Source of the DNA: Candidatus Saccharimonadota bacterium
Lineage (GTDB): Bacteria > Patescibacteriota > Saccharimonadia > Saccharimonadales > Saccharimonadaceae
DNA: 32,000 nt
NCBI GenBank assembly: GCA_023898645.1
Contig: CP060232.1
Span: 900,001-932,000, forward strand
Direction: 5' to 3'
The notes beneath the pieces are model-generated. The model ran no database searches and was not told where the DNA came from. It worked only from the letters and a program-made list of their open reading frames with translations. Made by a program: the position numbers and the translations under genes. This document shows, piece by piece, positions 16,362 through 25,043 of the stretch; the stretch's first letter is position 1, and every line of letters starts with the position of its first letter.

Positions 16362-16817
16362 CTAGCCGACTTTTACAACTTCATATTGGATACTACCCTT
16401 TGGAGTAGTAATCGTAGCGATATCACCAATTTTTTTACCCATTAGAGCTAGACCTATTGGAGATTCATTGCTAATCCTGCCCTCAAGCGGATCCGCCTCT
16501 ACTGGCCCTACGACATGATACGTCACAATCTTTTGACCAAACTTTAGCTCAACTTTACTTCCTAACTTAACACTGCTGCTTCGAGACGATTTTATAATTT
16601 CAGCATTTAGAAGTACGTCTTCAATCTCAGCAATACGACTCTCCACTAGTCCTTGCTCTTCGCGAGCAGAATCATACTCGGCATTTTCACTAAGATCACC
16701 ATAATCGCGTGCTTCGGCAATCTTTTCAGCAATGGCACCACGACGGCTCTTAAGCTCAAGAAGCTCTTTTTCAAGCTCATTTTTGCCAACTTCAGTAATT
16801 TGGAACAATTTTTTCAT
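16362..16817 (-). CDS. greA: Transcription elongation factor GreA
   Basis: It has the coiled-coil N-terminus with DLSENAEYDSAREEQ and a C-terminal FKBP-like domain. Length is 151 aa. An SD AAGGA lies upstream. Confidence 0.93.
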   Translation of the reverse strand: MKKLFQITEVGKNELEKELLELKSRRGAIAEKIAEARDYGDLSENAEYDSAREEQGLVESRIAEIEDVLLNAEIIKSSRSSSVKLGSKVELKFGQKIVTYHVVGPVEADPLEGRISNESPIGLALMGKKIGDIATITTPKGSIQYEVVKVG

Positions 16818-16880
16818 CGATTATCCTTTAAGGTTTTTAACTACAAAAAATGCTAAATACAGCACACCCTCACTCGCTAG

Positions 16881-18128
16881 TTACCCCAGTTTAGCAAGTA
16901 GCTCAGCGTGTGTCAATTCAATACTTACACCTGTTGATCGAGGGGTAAATTCATATTTTCCTGATTGGATTAAACGGTCACTAACAGTTATGCGATATGG
17001 TATACCCATCAGCTCGCTATCTGCAAACTTCGCACCCGGCCGTTCATCTCGATCATCATAAAGAACTTCAACGCCTTTTGCGATCAACTCGCCATACAGT
17101 CCATCTGCGTAAGTAACAGCTTCCTCGCCTCCAATACGTACAAGATACACTTTCGCAGGCGCGATTTCTTCAGGCCACACCAAACCTTTGTCATCACAAA
17201 AATGCTCAGCGATAACTCCCATCAATCTACTGACACCGATGCCGTAGCAGCCCATAATCATTTGCCGTTTTTCACCGTGTTCGTCGACATAGTACACACC
17301 CAATGCATCCGTATACTTTGTCTCTAGATGGAACGTATTACCCACCTCGACGCCTCGCTTTTCAACCAAATCGTCTCTATTTAATTCAAGCTTAGCCAAA
17401 TTCTCTTCGGTCATAATCTCTTCGTTAATCGCGATTTTCTTTGCTTCATTTACAAAAATCTTATCTTCACCTACCTCGCTCAGGGTTTGAAATTCGTCGC
17501 TAAAACGAGATGTAAAAATGCCACCATCCGCATACGTGCGGTAGGTAACGTCGCCAAGTCCCAGCCTCTCGTAGACTTTATGGTAGGCACTAACCGCTCG
17601 CTCATACAGCTCTTCATGTTCTTGTTGATTTCTGGCAAAGCTATACATGTCTTTCATGACAAATTCCCTGCCACGAAGCAGGCCACTTTTTGCACGCAGT
17701 TCATTACGAAACTTGTTGCCTATTTGGTATACGAAAAAAGGAAGATCCTTGTAAGAACTAACGTAATTTCCGACAGCATCTACAATCGGCTCCTCATGAG
17801 TAAGCCCAACGCCCAGCTCAGTACCGTTTGCAAGTTTTGTTTTAAACCAGTTGTCGACCTTTTTATCGTCCCAACGGTCGGTTTTTTCCCAAATGTCACG
17901 TGGTTGCAGCGTCGTCATAAGCACTTCTTGGCCACCTATGGCATTCATTTCCTCGCGAACAACTCGCTTGACGTTCTCGAGTACTTTAAATCCAAGGGGC
18001 AGATATGCATACACGCCAGCCATCTCCTTGTGTATAAATCCAGCCTGAATCAAAAGTTGGGCGTTTTTCGCCACTTCATCACCTGGAACGGTCTTACTAG
18101 TTCTTGTAAATAACTGACTAATTCTCAT
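16881..18128 (-). CDS. proS: Prolyl-tRNA synthetase, bacterial-type N-terminus but lacking the INS editing domain
   Basis: MRISQLF...AGFIHK...YLPLG, LTHEEP, YQIGNKFRNELRAKSGLLRGREFVMKDMYSF (motif 2) and GCYGIGVSR (motif 3) are present. Only ~75 aa separate motifs 2 and 3. Total length is 415 aa. Confidence 0.92.
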   Translation of the reverse strand: MRISQLFTRTSKTVPGDEVAKNAQLLIQAGFIHKEMAGVYAYLPLGFKVLENVKRVVREEMNAIGGQEVLMTTLQPRDIWEKTDRWDDKKVDNWFKTKLANGTELGVGLTHEEPIVDAVGNYVSSYKDLPFFVYQIGNKFRNELRAKSGLLRGREFVMKDMYSFARNQQEHEELYERAVSAYHKVYERLGLGDVTYRTYADGGIFTSRFSDEFQTLSEVGEDKIFVNEAKKIAINEEIMTEENLAKLELNRDDLVEKRGVEVGNTFHLETKYTDALGVYYVDEHGEKRQMIMGCYGIGVSRLMGVIAEHFCDDKGLVWPEEIAPAKVYLVRIGGEEAVTYADGLYGELIAKGVEVLYDDRDERPGAKFADSELMGIPYRITVSDRLIQSGKYEFTPRSTGVSIELTHAELLAKLG

Positions 18129-18146
18129 AGATGTATGTTTCCTAAT

Positions 18147-18944
18147 TTATCCCCCGACGAACGGGCTGACGAACAATATATAGTACGCAATGCCATTTTT
18201 TATCATATGAACAAGCACGCCTGCCCATATACTCCCAGTCAGACTGCGCAAACCACAAAGAAAGAGGCTTAAGACAAAGACGTCGACACCAACATTCCAC
18301 TGAAAGTGTGCGATGCCAAACAACAAACTTGTGGCAAGCGCTGCAATGACAGCAGGCACGTACCCCTTTAGTTTACCATAGAGATAGCCTCGAAATAATG
18401 TCTCTTCAGCCAAAGGCGCTAACACGACCAACGTCGCGAAAGCGAGTATGTTATCAGTTGACGTGCCAAACGCATGAAATCCAACATCTTGCACCTGATT
18501 AGTCGGGAAGTTCGGGATAAGTGCCGTTACGAAAGCTAACACCATTGACACAACAATGGTGTACGCTAAAAACACCACCGGCGCCAGACCAATATCTGTC
18601 CATGTGATTAATCGATTTAAGCCGAGCACTCTTAGATCAATGGATGATTTGCGACCCATTACATATGGCGCAAGGATGACGATTGCTATGGTTAGCGCAT
18701 AAATCGCTGTTGCGATAGCCGTTTGGATAATTGCAGGTCGAAGAAAACTACTTGCGGGCATATTCAGCCACTTCAATATCTCAAGCAATGCAATGACGAT
18801 AAAATTACTTGCGACAAAAGCACCAGAGACCCAAGCTGGCAACAGCAGCAACATCCTCCAATTGTATTGGTGCTCTTCACCGTGTCGATGCGTTCGCCCC
18901 ACTAGCTTATGGAGGAGATGCTTATTTGATGATTTTTCCGACAT
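18147..18944 (-). CDS. CPBP family intramembrane glutamic endopeptidase (CAAX protease-like)
   Basis: It is a multi-pass membrane protein with the EETLFRG and FGIAHF motifs. Confidence 0.8.
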   Translation of the reverse strand: MSEKSSNKHLLHKLVGRTHRHGEEHQYNWRMLLLLPAWVSGAFVASNFIVIALLEILKWLNMPASSFLRPAIIQTAIATAIYALTIAIVILAPYVMGRKSSIDLRVLGLNRLITWTDIGLAPVVFLAYTIVVSMVLAFVTALIPNFPTNQVQDVGFHAFGTSTDNILAFATLVVLAPLAEETLFRGYLYGKLKGYVPAVIAALATSLLFGIAHFQWNVGVDVFVLSLFLCGLRSLTGSIWAGVLVHMIKNGIAYYILFVSPFVGG

Positions 18945-20067
18945 CTGCCACCGTCACAAGCACTACTAGTACCATTAAAGTTGCAAATCCGATTGTCTGA
19001 ATTCTCTCTTCTCGTTCTTTTGTTAGAGGTTTACGAAGTACACGAAACGCAGTCATCGTAAACCACCTACCGCCATCAAGTGCGGGAATTGGTAGTACAT
19101 TCATAACAGCAAGAGCGATAGATATAACAGCTATTAACATAATCAACTGCGTTAACCCGGCCTGTTGAGCCGCAGGAAAGATGACGCCTAAGATCCCAAT
19201 AGGTCCGGCAACACTATCTCCCGCAGCCGCCACTTCTTCACTACCTATCTTTTTTGCATGATCGTTACCGGTCAACTGTAATACGATGCCATTTGCGAGA
19301 CCGCCAACTAACTGACCAAGACCCTTTAAGGTTTCCCAGGTAAGCTGACCTGTCGTAGCGACGCCAACAATAGGGGCTGACCAAGTGGATTGTGTTTCAG
19401 TCGGCTGAACAATGCTGGCACCAAATACAACACCGCTCCCCTTTCGCAAATGAACTTGAGTAATTTTTTCGGATCCGCCACGGTTATATATCACTTCAAC
19501 TGTCTGACCAGCATACTGATGCGTCATGTCTATAAAATTCTGTGTAGTTTTAACTTCTTGTCCGGCAAAACGTACAATCTTATCGCGCTGCTTCAGGCCC
19601 GCCTTTGCTGCAGGATAATTTGATTTAGTAGAGCTCAACTGCACTAACTGCGGGACGACTTTCGTATCTCCGGGCATCGTAAACTGATTGTTTACGACCT
19701 GCGGCAAGCCCGTAAATGCAAGTATCGTCAGTAGTACCGCTGCGGTTACCCAATTAATAAACACGCCGGCAAGTAATATTTTTGTTTTTACCCAAAAACT
19801 AGCGGCACCATAATCACCTTTTTTGTCTGCGGAATCATATTCTCCCTGTAGTTTCACAAATCCACCGAGAGGAAGCCAGTTGAGACTGAATTCAACCTTA
19901 TTTTTGAGCTTTTTACTCCATGCTTTTGGTGGAAATCCTATACCGAATTCTTCGACCACAACACCATTCCTACGTGCTGCAATCGCATGACCAAGCTCGT
20001 GAACAACTACGAGAAAAGTCAGCGCAATAAGTCCCACGATAATTCCAAAAATCAACTCCATAATCAC
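18922..20067 (-). CDS. rseP: Site-2 protease, M50 family (RseP/RasP-like)
   Basis: HELGH lies in TM1, followed by a PDZ-like middle region and NVLPIPALDGG. The start is either GTG 20067 (1-nt overlap with the frr stop) or ATG 20061. Confidence 0.88.
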   Translation of the reverse strand: MIMELIFGIIVGLIALTFLVVVHELGHAIAARRNGVVVEEFGIGFPPKAWSKKLKNKVEFSLNWLPLGGFVKLQGEYDSADKKGDYGAASFWVKTKILLAGVFINWVTAAVLLTILAFTGLPQVVNNQFTMPGDTKVVPQLVQLSSTKSNYPAAKAGLKQRDKIVRFAGQEVKTTQNFIDMTHQYAGQTVEVIYNRGGSEKITQVHLRKGSGVVFGASIVQPTETQSTWSAPIVGVATTGQLTWETLKGLGQLVGGLANGIVLQLTGNDHAKKIGSEEVAAAGDSVAGPIGILGVIFPAAQQAGLTQLIMLIAVISIALAVMNVLPIPALDGGRWFTMTAFRVLRKPLTKEREERIQTIGFATLMVLVVLVTVADVGKIIK

Positions 20068-20639
20068 TATACTTTCAGAATATCCTGCTCTTTTGTTTTG
20101 AATGCCGCTTCAATCTTTGCCTGATAATCAGCAACCAGACGGTCGACTTCTTTTTCAACTGACTTCAAGTCATCTTCGGTAAGAGTTTTTGCTTCTTTTT
20201 GTCGTTTGGCTTCTTGCAATGCATCTTGTCGAGCTGCACGTAGCCCTATGCGTGCCTCTTCGACTTTTTCGCCTACTTGTTTAACCAATTGCCTGCGACG
20301 CTCTTCAGTTAGCGCAGGAATTGGCACACGCACAACACGACCGTCATCTGAAGGATTCAAGCCAAGTGACTGATCATTACGGATTGCAGCTGAGATAGCA
20401 GGAATATTTGTTGGATCAAATGGTGTAATTTGCAACTGTTGAGATTCCGGTGCAGTAACGTTAGCCACCTGATTAAGCGGCATATGCGTGCCGTAAGCCT
20501 CGACCTTGATTCCATCAAGCATACTAGGCTGAGCACGACCGGTCTGCACTTTGCGTATTTCTGCCTCAAAGTGCTCTAGAGCACCTGCCATCTTTAATTC
20601 ATACGTATCTATATCAAACATATTTCTTCTATTAATCAT
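20067..20639 (-). CDS. frr: Ribosome recycling factor
   Basis: The 190-aa protein contains ...IRKVQTGRAQPSMLDGIKVEAYG...LTEERRRQLVK..., typical of RRF. Confidence 0.95.
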   Translation of the reverse strand: MINRRNMFDIDTYELKMAGALEHFEAEIRKVQTGRAQPSMLDGIKVEAYGTHMPLNQVANVTAPESQQLQITPFDPTNIPAISAAIRNDQSLGLNPSDDGRVVRVPIPALTEERRRQLVKQVGEKVEEARIGLRAARQDALQEAKRQKEAKTLTEDDLKSVEKEVDRLVADYQAKIEAAFKTKEQDILKV

Positions 20640-20690
20640 ACCAAAAAGTTATGCATTTGGCTTTAGTAAATTAAATCGTTCTGATTACAA

Positions 20691-20728
20691 AATAAAAACG
20701 CCCCTAGTTTGTGGGGCGGTTTTATTTT
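20691..20728 (-). terminator. Intrinsic terminator downstream of tsf
   Basis: Stem CGCCCC/GGGGCG (20699-20704 / 20713-20718) encloses an 8-nt loop. It is flanked by aataaaaa and gttttatttt, so a U-run is available on both strands. Confidence 0.75.
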
Positions 20729-20736
20729 CGTGAATT

Positions 20737-21333
20737 CTATTCGTTAACGCCAAGTTCAATACGTTTGAACTGTGACACGCGAATGTTTTCACCGGCCTTT
20801 GTAATTTGCTCTTTGATGCGTTCACCGACTGTCTTGCTATCATCAAGTACAAAAACTTGTTCGTTTAAAACTTGTTCGGCGAAATGTTTTTTCAACTGGC
20901 CTTCAACAATTTTCTCGGCCATTTCTGCAGGCTTGCTTTTTAGTGAGTCGCTTTCCAGCAATTCTTTCTTCTTAGCTTCCATAACATCAGCAGGAACGTC
21001 CTCCATTGTCGAATATACAGGAGACATAGCTGCAATCTGCATAGCCATCTGATGTGCAAATTCCTTAAATTCAGGAAGCCTTGCTACGAAGTCTGTTTCA
21101 CAGTTTACTTCCACAACTACACCGATGCGTCCAGAGTGAACATAGCTTTCGATGATACCTTCACGCGTCTCACGATCGCCCTTTTTCTCAGCCTTAGTCA
21201 ACCCTTTTTTGCGGAGTGCCTCAAGTGCCTTCTCGAAATTACCGTCAGCTTCGACAAGTGCCACCTTGGCATCTGTTAGACCGATGCCAGTCAACTCTTT
21301 AAGCTTCTTTATGTCTTCAATAGTAACGGCCAT
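20737..21333 (-). CDS. tsf: Elongation factor Ts (short form)
   Basis: The N-terminal UBA-like IKKLKELTGIGLTDAKVALVEADGNFEKALEALRKKG is present. Length is 198 aa. A strong SD GGGGGAGG precedes it and a TAATG overlap links it to rpsB. Confidence 0.94.
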   Translation of the reverse strand: MAVTIEDIKKLKELTGIGLTDAKVALVEADGNFEKALEALRKKGLTKAEKKGDRETREGIIESYVHSGRIGVVVEVNCETDFVARLPEFKEFAHQMAMQIAAMSPVYSTMEDVPADVMEAKKKELLESDSLKSKPAEMAEKIVEGQLKKHFAEQVLNEQVFVLDDSKTVGERIKEQITKAGENIRVSQFKRIELGVNE

Positions 21334-22034
21334 TATGCCTCCCCCTTCTTTGTCTTACCTTCAGCTACAGCAGCACTAAAATAATCGAGTAACAACTGCA
21401 CGCCCTTTATTGCGTCGTCATTTCCTGGCACAACGTAACTGATTGGTGTTGGATCGGCATTAGTATCGACGATACCTACAACTGGGATACCAAGCACATT
21501 CGCCTCTTTAACTGCGTTATGATCAGTCAATACATCAACGACAACAATCGCGCCTGGGCGACCGTTCATGTCTTTGATGCCACTATATTTATGATTAAGC
21601 TCTTCAATCTCCTCACCAAAACGCTGAACTTCCAACTTGCTATAGCGCTTTTCTAGATCACCGCTTTCCATTCGTCGCTCAAGATCCTTCAGTTTTTTGA
21701 CTTGCTGATTAACGGTACTGACGTTTGTTAGCATGCCGCCAATCCAACGCTCGTTGACATATAGCTGACCAGTCTTTTCTGCAGCAGCTTTAACGGCATC
21801 CTTTGCTTGCTTTTTTGTACCAACAAACAAAACTTGTTTGCCACTTGCCACTACATCAGTAAGAAACGGTAGTGCAACATCAAGCGCGGCTACTGTCTTA
21901 GTCAAATCAATAATGTGACTATCCTGACGCTTACTATGAATATATGGCGCCATCTTTGGGTGCCATCGGCTCGTTTTGTGTCCAAAATGAACACCAGCTT
22001 CGAGCAGCTGTTTAATATCGACTGATACAGTCAT
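21333..22034 (-). CDS. rpsB: 30S ribosomal protein S2
   Basis: LLEAGVHFGHKTSRWHPKM... is typical of S2. I chose ATG 22034, which has SD AAGGAG 6 nt upstream, over the ORF-track start at 22055. Confidence 0.95.
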   Translation of the reverse strand: MTVSVDIKQLLEAGVHFGHKTSRWHPKMAPYIHSKRQDSHIIDLTKTVAALDVALPFLTDVVASGKQVLFVGTKKQAKDAVKAAAEKTGQLYVNERWIGGMLTNVSTVNQQVKKLKDLERRMESGDLEKRYSKLEVQRFGEEIEELNHKYSGIKDMNGRPGAIVVVDVLTDHNAVKEANVLGIPVVGIVDTNADPTPISYVVPGNDDAIKGVQLLLDYFSAAVAEGKTKKGEA

Positions 22035-22116
22035 TGAAACTCCTTCTTTCCTCACCGCTGGCCCTGATATTTCAGGAGCGTGCTAACGGTTGTGTCATTA
22101 AAACTATTACTGAGTA

Positions 22117-22145
22117 ATCTTAACAGAGGTGGTCAATTTCGTCAA
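22117..22145 (-). promoter_or_regulatory. rpsB promoter with ~75-nt leader
   Basis: On the minus strand, TTGACG, a 17-nt spacer, then TAAGAT. The leader contains a small hairpin (CCTGA-aata-TCAGG as read on the transcribed minus strand, 22063-22076) and the SD AAGGAG. Confidence 0.45.
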
Positions 22146-22194
22146 TATATAGATAAATACATATCAATCCCTCTGGTACACATATTGCCATAAG

Positions 22195-22203
22195 TGCTAT
22201 ACT
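22195..22203 (+). promoter_or_regulatory. Extended -10 for the iron-permease-like gene, leaderless-type
   Basis: TGcTATACT then 9 nt to ATG 22213, with no SD. Confidence 0.5.
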
Positions 22204-22212
22204 GAGCTCGTT

Positions 22213-22713
22213 ATGAAAAATACTTTCCGTATCGCAGCAAATAGAATTTCAGTATGGACAGGTAGCGCCATCGTTTTTTTGGGAGCAGTCGCAATTGTTA
22301 TTATCTGGGCGTTAACCGGTCCAATTTTTCACTATTCCGACACCTGGCAATTAGTCATAAACACCGGCACAACAATCATCACGTTCTTAATGGTTTTCCT
22401 TATTCAAAATACGCAAAATCGTGACAGCAAGGCGGTGCAATTGAAGTTAGACGAACTTATTCGTGCAACAAAAGGCGCTCGCACTACGTACGTAGGCCTG
22501 GAAGACTTAAGCGACACTGACCTAGAAGAACTGGAAAAAGAATTTAAACTCCTCGTACAGAACCCCGGTACTGTCCGTGCTCTCAACAAACTACACGCTA
22601 GGATTGAAGCAGAAAACGCTCGACGCATGAGCCTACGCGGCGCCGCTTCACGTATGCTGCATCACACACAGACAGTTACCGTCGTTGACGACGCTGAACT
22701 AGTAAAAAAATAA
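22213..22713 (+). CDS. Low-affinity iron permease family membrane protein
   Basis: Two TM segments are followed by LIQNTQNRDSKAVQLKLDELIRA, the signature I associate with the bacterial low-affinity Fe permease-like family. Confidence 0.6.
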   Translation: MKNTFRIAANRISVWTGSAIVFLGAVAIVIIWALTGPIFHYSDTWQLVINTGTTIITFLMVFLIQNTQNRDSKAVQLKLDELIRATKGARTTYVGLEDLSDTDLEELEKEFKLLVQNPGTVRALNKLHARIEAENARRMSLRGAASRMLHHTQTVTVVDDAELVKK

Positions 22714-22729
22714 TTCGTGTACCAACCCT

Positions 22730-22758
22730 TTGACTTTTACCCCTAAAAGCGCTACAAT
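22730..22758 (+). promoter_or_regulatory. rpmE promoter, leaderless-type
   Basis: TTGACT, a 17-nt spacer, then TACAAT, followed by only 9 nt (acatcagat) before the conserved MKSNLHP start. No SD is present. Confidence 0.7.
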
Positions 22759-22767
22759 ACATCAGAT

Positions 22768-23103
22768 ATGAAGAGTAACCTACACCCGGCAACGTACCGA
22801 CCGGTCGTTTTCAGAGACGACACGGCAGACTTTGCCTTCCTCACCCAATCGACCGCTGCCAGCGACGAAACCGTAAAATGGGAAGACGGTAACGAATACC
22901 CTCTGATCAAGGTACACATTTCAAGTGCCTCTCACCCATTCTTCACTGGCGAAGAAAAAATTATCGACACCGAAGGTCGTGTCGATCGCTTCAAGGCCCG
23001 CGCCGCCGCAGCTGAAGCACGCAAGGAACAGCTTGCGAATAAAGCCAAGAAAGCAAAAGCAGCCTCTGACAAAAAAGCTGCCGCTTCAACAGCTGAAAAA
23101 TAG
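22768..23103 (+). CDS. rpmE: 50S ribosomal protein L31, type B (Cys-less) with a Lys/Ala-rich C-terminal extension
   Basis: [15 protein letters not shown]...[24 protein letters not shown] matches L31. No cysteine is present. About 33 extra residues ([33 protein letters not shown]) form the tail. Confidence 0.9.
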   Translation: MKSNLHPATYRPVVFRDDTADFAFLTQSTAASDETVKWEDGNEYPLIKVHISSASHPFFTGEEKIIDTEGRVDRFKARAAAAEARKEQLANKAKKAKAASDKKAAASTAEK

Positions 23104-23112
23104 CGTACAAAA

Positions 23113-23139
23113 AGAGGCCTCAGACAGAGGTCTCTTTTT
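23113..23139 (+). terminator. Intrinsic terminator downstream of rpmE
   Basis: The 9-bp stem AGAGGCCTC / GAGGTCTCT includes one G-U pair. The loop is AGACA and TTTTT follows. Confidence 0.8.
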
Positions 23140-23147
23140 GTTACAAT
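23139..23147 (+). promoter_or_regulatory. prfA extended -10, leaderless-type
   Basis: TGtTACAAT then 8 nt to ATG 23156. The TG is the last part of the rpmE terminator U-tract region. Confidence 0.5.
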
Positions 23148-23155
23148 AAGAATAT

Positions 23156-24226
23156 ATGCCAAAAATTGATTTGAATATAAATGACCTAAACACCGAGAAA
23201 AAAGAGCTTGGCGAATTTTTGGCATCCCCCGACGCATATAGCGCCTCAGACTTCACGGCAAAAAATAAACGCTTCACTGAACTCGAAAACATCATAAAAA
23301 TGGTCTCTCTCCGTGACACCTTAGAACAGCAATTTACTGAGGCAAAAGAACTAGCCAGCGGTAACGATGAGCTTGCCGAACTTGCTAAAACTGAGGCGGC
23401 AGACATCGAAGAAAAGCTTTCTAAACTCGAAGACGAGCTCTTTATCATGCTCGCCCCTCGCGACCCCAACGACGATAAAAACGTAATCGTAGAAATCCGT
23501 GCCGGTGCTGGTGGTGACGAAGCTAGTCTATTTGCAGCCGAGTTATATCGCATGTATCTTCGTTACTGCGAAGCTCATGGTCTAAAAACCGAACTCATCA
23601 GCGAAAGTGCTAACGATACAGGCGGCTACAAAGAAGTTATTTTTAAAATTACAGGCGCTTCACCATATGCGCAATTAAAGTTCGAAAGCGGCGTACATCG
23701 CGTACAGCGCGTCCCGGCCACCGAATCACAAGGTCGTATCCATACTAGCACCGTCACTGTCGCCGTATTGCCTGAAGCCGAAGAAGCCGATATCGAGATT
23801 AATCCAAGCGACCTAAGAATTGACATCTACCGAGCCAGCGGTCACGGAGGCCAATCCGTTAACACTACCGACAGTGCCGTACGTATCACCCATATTCCAT
23901 CTGGCATGGTGGTGACGAACCAAGACGAAAAATCTCAGCTCAAAAACAAAGATAAAGCAATGAGCGTGTTGCGCAGTCGACTGCTACAACAAAAAATCGA
24001 TGAAGAAAACGCCAAATTAGACGCTGAACGCCGCGGGCTTATCGGCACTGGTGATCGTAGCGAAAAAATCCGTACGTACAACTTTCCACAGGATCGTATC
24101 ACCGACCATCGCATTGGCTATAGTCGTAGCGCCATTCCTGCCGCTTTGAACGGCCAAATTGATGACATAATTGAACACCTCCAAACCTATGAACGAGAAC
24201 TTGCTGCCAAAAACACCAACATGTAA
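23156..24226 (+). CDS. prfA: Peptide chain release factor 1
   Basis: The PAT tripeptide ([14 protein letters not shown]) and GGQ (SGHGGQSVN) are both present. Length is 356 aa. Confidence 0.96.
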   Translation: MPKIDLNINDLNTEKKELGEFLASPDAYSASDFTAKNKRFTELENIIKMVSLRDTLEQQFTEAKELASGNDELAELAKTEAADIEEKLSKLEDELFIMLAPRDPNDDKNVIVEIRAGAGGDEASLFAAELYRMYLRYCEAHGLKTELISESANDTGGYKEVIFKITGASPYAQLKFESGVHRVQRVPATESQGRIHTSTVTVAVLPEAEEADIEINPSDLRIDIYRASGHGGQSVNTTDSAVRITHIPSGMVVTNQDEKSQLKNKDKAMSVLRSRLLQQKIDEENAKLDAERRGLIGTGDRSEKIRTYNFPQDRITDHRIGYSRSAIPAALNGQIDDIIEHLQTYERELAAKNTNM

Positions 24227-25043
24227 CAGTTGGCTTCACGGAGCAACAATGCTTCTCAAGCAAGCAGGCATAGCGTCAGCCCGATTGGATGCCGAACTCA
24301 TTCTTGCTCATACTATACGCAAGCCCCGCACATACTTACACGCACACGGCGATATGAAGTTAAGTGATAAACATAATGAAATTGCCAGCGCTCGATTGGA
24401 ATTACGCTGTAATCATACACCAATCGCGTATATAACCGGCCACAAGGAATTTTATGGTAGACAATTCAAGACAACACCAGCCGCTCTAGTGCCACGTCCT
24501 GAATCTGAGGCCATCATCACCCTACTTAAGGACAAAGTACTACGTAATATTACACAGATATCAGGGAAAAAAATTCATCTCGTAGATGTTGGAACCGGAA
24601 CGGGCTGCCTAGGGATTACCACTAAGCTTGAATGGCCGGAGCTAGAAGTTGTAATCATCGACAATAGCATTCATGCGCTCAATTTAGCAAAAGAAAACGC
24701 CGCGCTGCTCAAAGCAGATGTCCGTACTTTAAAAAACGACCTTCTCGGTGACTTCGGTATGCCAATTGATATTATTATCGCTAACCTCCCCTATGTCGAC
24801 CATGGTTGGGAAGTATCTCTGGACACCCAAGCAGAGCCGCCCGAAGCTCTCTACGCCGGAAACGGTGGCCTAACACTCATTTATAGACTACTTGACCAAG
24901 CAGCATTACTACTGAAACCGAACGGATATATCCTTCTAGAATCCGATCCGCGCCAACAAGATGAAATTATAAATCACGCTAAGTCACTGAAACTAAACCA
25001 CGAATATACTGAGAATTTTATTACAGTATTTAGTCGTTCGTAG
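24171..25043 (+). CDS. prmC: Release-factor glutamine N5-methyltransferase (PrmC/HemK)
   Basis: It follows prfA. It has SAM motif [12 protein letters not shown] and motif IV reading NLPY instead of NPPY. The start is ambiguous: ATG 24171 or 24189 overlap prfA, while ATG 24249 does not. Confidence 0.85.
   Translation: MNTSKPMNENLLPKTPTCNSWLHGATMLLKQAGIASARLDAELILAHTIRKPRTYLHAHGDMKLSDKHNEIASARLELRCNHTPIAYITGHKEFYGRQFKTTPAALVPRPESEAIITLLKDKVLRNITQISGKKIHLVDVGTGTGCLGITTKLEWPELEVVIIDNSIHALNLAKENAALLKADVRTLKNDLLGDFGMPIDIIIANLPYVDHGWEVSLDTQAEPPEALYAGNGGLTLIYRLLDQAALLLKPNGYILLESDPRQQDEIINHAKSLKLNHEYTENFITVFSRS

Noticed and set aside
17487-18113. A 208-aa ORF lies antisense to proS.
   Set aside because: Its composition is typical of antisense translation (rich in F, L, K and C). 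It has no SD or promoter and lies entirely inside a well-supported conserved gene. It is long only because the codon bias of the sense frame suppresses stops.
20640-20660. A leaderless-type promoter for frr (TGCATAACTTTTTGGT-ATG).
   Set aside because: The hexamer is ambiguous (ATAACT or TAACTT) and the TG spacing is off by one. The frr start (M1 versus M7) is also uncertain. It is too weak to count with the other 13 cases.
21333-22055. The longer rpsB start at 22055 (MRKEGVSM...).
   Set aside because: The extension is the translated SD region (aaggag). ATG 22034 has correct SD spacing and gives the conserved S2 N-terminus.
23086-23553. A 155-aa Ser-rich ORF lies antisense to the prfA 5' region.
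   Set aside because: The low-complexity Ser/Ala runs mirror the Glu/Ala/Leu-rich sense codons of RF1. There are no initiation signals.
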